A DNA stretch of 63,886 nucleotides, the filler included, from Acetivibrio sp. (GTDB taxonomy: Bacteria > Bacillota > Clostridia > Acetivibrionales > Acetivibrionaceae): assembly GCF_035371925.1 (NCBI RefSeq). It is 3 parts of 3 records of this genome, joined end to end, with 100 filler letters (N's around TTAATTAATTAA, not from the genome) between each part and the next. Parts side by side here need not be neighbours in the genome. Positions count along the whole stretch, not along the records: positions 44,321 to 63,886 come from NZ_DAORXT010000056.1; 2 more parts are not named here. The stretch is one strand, 5' to 3'. A program made the position numbers and the translations under genes. Each line of letters opens with the position of its first letter. The first letter of the stretch is position 1. A model generated the notes under the pieces. The model saw only the letters and a program-made list of their open reading frames with translations, did not search any database and was not told where the DNA came from. Shown here piece by piece: positions 62,336-63,886 of this stretch.

Positions 62336-63745
62336 TTAAGAGCATACTTCTATTTCCCTGACCTCTTCGTTTCTTGACTTTATATACTTCCATTTTCCCG
62401 AAGCATACCTAAAATACACAATAGCTGCCCTTGTATATTGATCAAGCACCAGAGCTGCCCATGCGCCTATAAGTCCCCAGTGGAAGAAATGCACAAAGAT
62501 ATAAGCAACCACCACACGGAAAATCCATATGCCAAAAGCAGATGAATACAGCGGGAACATAGTATCCCCAGCTCCCCTGAGCACGCCGGCAAGAGAAAGC
62601 TGTGTCGACTGTCCGGGCTGGGCCAAAGCCATTATTTTAAGCACAACACTGGCCATTGCAGCCACTTCCAGTTCTTCGGTATATAGACATGCCAACGGAT
62701 ACGAAAACAAAATAAACATTACTCCCATAAAGCAGGCAACAGCAATAGCCATATGATGTATGATGTCTGCATACCTTTGAGCCCTCTCCTCATCATTTGC
62801 GCCAAGACTTTGTCCCACCAAAGTCGTACCGGCAACACCGAAAGCCATGCTGGGTGAAAAAGTGAGCCCGCAGATACTAAGACCTATTTGGTGAGCAGCA
62901 AATGTCATAGTTCCCAAGCTTGAGACTGTACGTGCAAACATCATAAGACCGCCCTGAATCACAAATTGCTCCAGTGCCGACGGCAAACCTATAGAGAAGA
63001 CTTCTCTGGCAATGTCAAAATCTATTCGATAACTGCCCTTGACCTTAATTGAGATAGTAGACCGTTTTGAGAAAAATACTATATACAGGCTGACCGCACA
63101 GGCTATAAATCTTGATATAGTAGTGGAAATCGCAGCTCCTTCCACCCCCAATTTGGGAAAGCCAAACTTTCCGAATATAAGCAAATAGTTTCCCAGGACA
63201 TTGAAAAGATTGCTGCCCACATTGTAAATCATGGGAATCGTTGTTTCCCCGGCCCCTCTTAGAGCAGCTGTAACTCCCATGTTAACTGCCTGGAAAACCA
63301 GCCCGGCAGATACTATTTGAAAGTATGCGGTAGCGTCCTTGATTGTATCTGCCTCTGCTCCCATAAATACTACTATCTGATGAGCCAAAGCAGCTCCTGC
63401 CACACTTACGGCAATTCCCATAATAAAGTTTAGAATAACGGACTGCCGTGCAACGGTATTCGCCTTTTCAGTGTTACCGGCACCAATATTCCATGCCACA
63501 ATGGTGGTTGTACCCACGTTAACAGCCGCAAACACTGCCAACAGAACCATAAAAGGCGAAGTGGTAAGTCCTACGGCAGATATCGCTGCCGAACTGAGCC
63601 GCCCTACCATAATAGTGTCAACCATACTGAACAAAGTAGACATAACCAATTCTATAAATGCAGGCCATGTGAGGGATATTACCTCTAGCCTCATCTTCCT
63701 GGAATAACTTTGGGATTGTTTGATTTTACGTAAAAATCCCAGCAA
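62336..63745 (-). CDS. MATE family efflux transporter
   Basis: DTIMVGRL, LRGAGET and LRGAGDT, LGVEGAAIST; 12-TM pattern. Confidence 0.92.
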   Translation of the reverse strand: MLGFLRKIKQSQSYSRKMRLEVISLTWPAFIELVMSTLFSMVDTIMVGRLSSAAISAVGLTTSPFMVLLAVFAAVNVGTTTIVAWNIGAGNTEKANTVARQSVILNFIMGIAVSVAGAALAHQIVVFMGAEADTIKDATAYFQIVSAGLVFQAVNMGVTAALRGAGETTIPMIYNVGSNLFNVLGNYLLIFGKFGFPKLGVEGAAISTTISRFIACAVSLYIVFFSKRSTISIKVKGSYRIDFDIAREVFSIGLPSALEQFVIQGGLMMFARTVSSLGTMTFAAHQIGLSICGLTFSPSMAFGVAGTTLVGQSLGANDEERAQRYADIIHHMAIAVACFMGVMFILFSYPLACLYTEELEVAAMASVVLKIMALAQPGQSTQLSLAGVLRGAGDTMFPLYSSAFGIWIFRVVVAYIFVHFFHWGLIGAWAALVLDQYTRAAIVYFRYASGKWKYIKSRNEEVREIEVCS

Positions 63746-63835
63746 CTTAAATTCCCTTCCTTCTTTTTTGTAATGTTACTATTATACTCTTCGCATCAAT
63801 AAACTTCAAATATATATTTTGCCTATAAAATAGTT

Positions 63836-63886
63836 TTTAAATTGCAAGTTTAATTGCCTTACAAAATCTTACAGAACCCTGTTTTA
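63836..63886. mobile_element. Probable IS terminus, copy 2, at the window end
   Basis: 51 bp identical to 22289-22339. Confidence 0.65.

Overview
Draft-genome window from a cellulosome-producing clostridium close to Acetivibrio (Clostridium) thermocellum, judged from a dockerin-bearing XynY-like xylanase, a SCIFF peptide and the type I-B repeat. It is three contigs joined by artificial 100-nt N/TTAATTAATTAA/N spacers (22342-22441, 44221-44320), so adjacency across the gaps is not reliable. Contig 1: ECF sigma/anti-sigma, an atypical HPr(H15E)-EI pair, uvrC, tig-clpP-clpX, lonB, tsaD, slt, smpB-ssrA, then a type I R-M locus whose hsdR is cut by an IS-like end. Contig 2: XynY-like enzyme (5' truncated), pgeF, lspA, rluA, scfAB ranthipeptide locus, secDF, panBCD behind a tandem pan-motif leader with a terminator, HD-GYP, dgt, dnaG-rpoD, two tRNAs. 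Contig 3: IS21 remnant, a small tyrosine recombinase flanked by perfectly inverted 24-bp sites, AraC, PEBP lipoprotein, TPR plus divergent AAA ATPase, a complete type I-B CRISPR-Cas (23 repeats), MTHFR-like, uppP, MATE. Best leads: the candidate invertible recombinase cassette, a 75-bp structured repeat found twice directly after terminators, the pan leader switch, His-less HPr, a HsdM C-terminal extension and a DnaA-box cluster away from dnaA.
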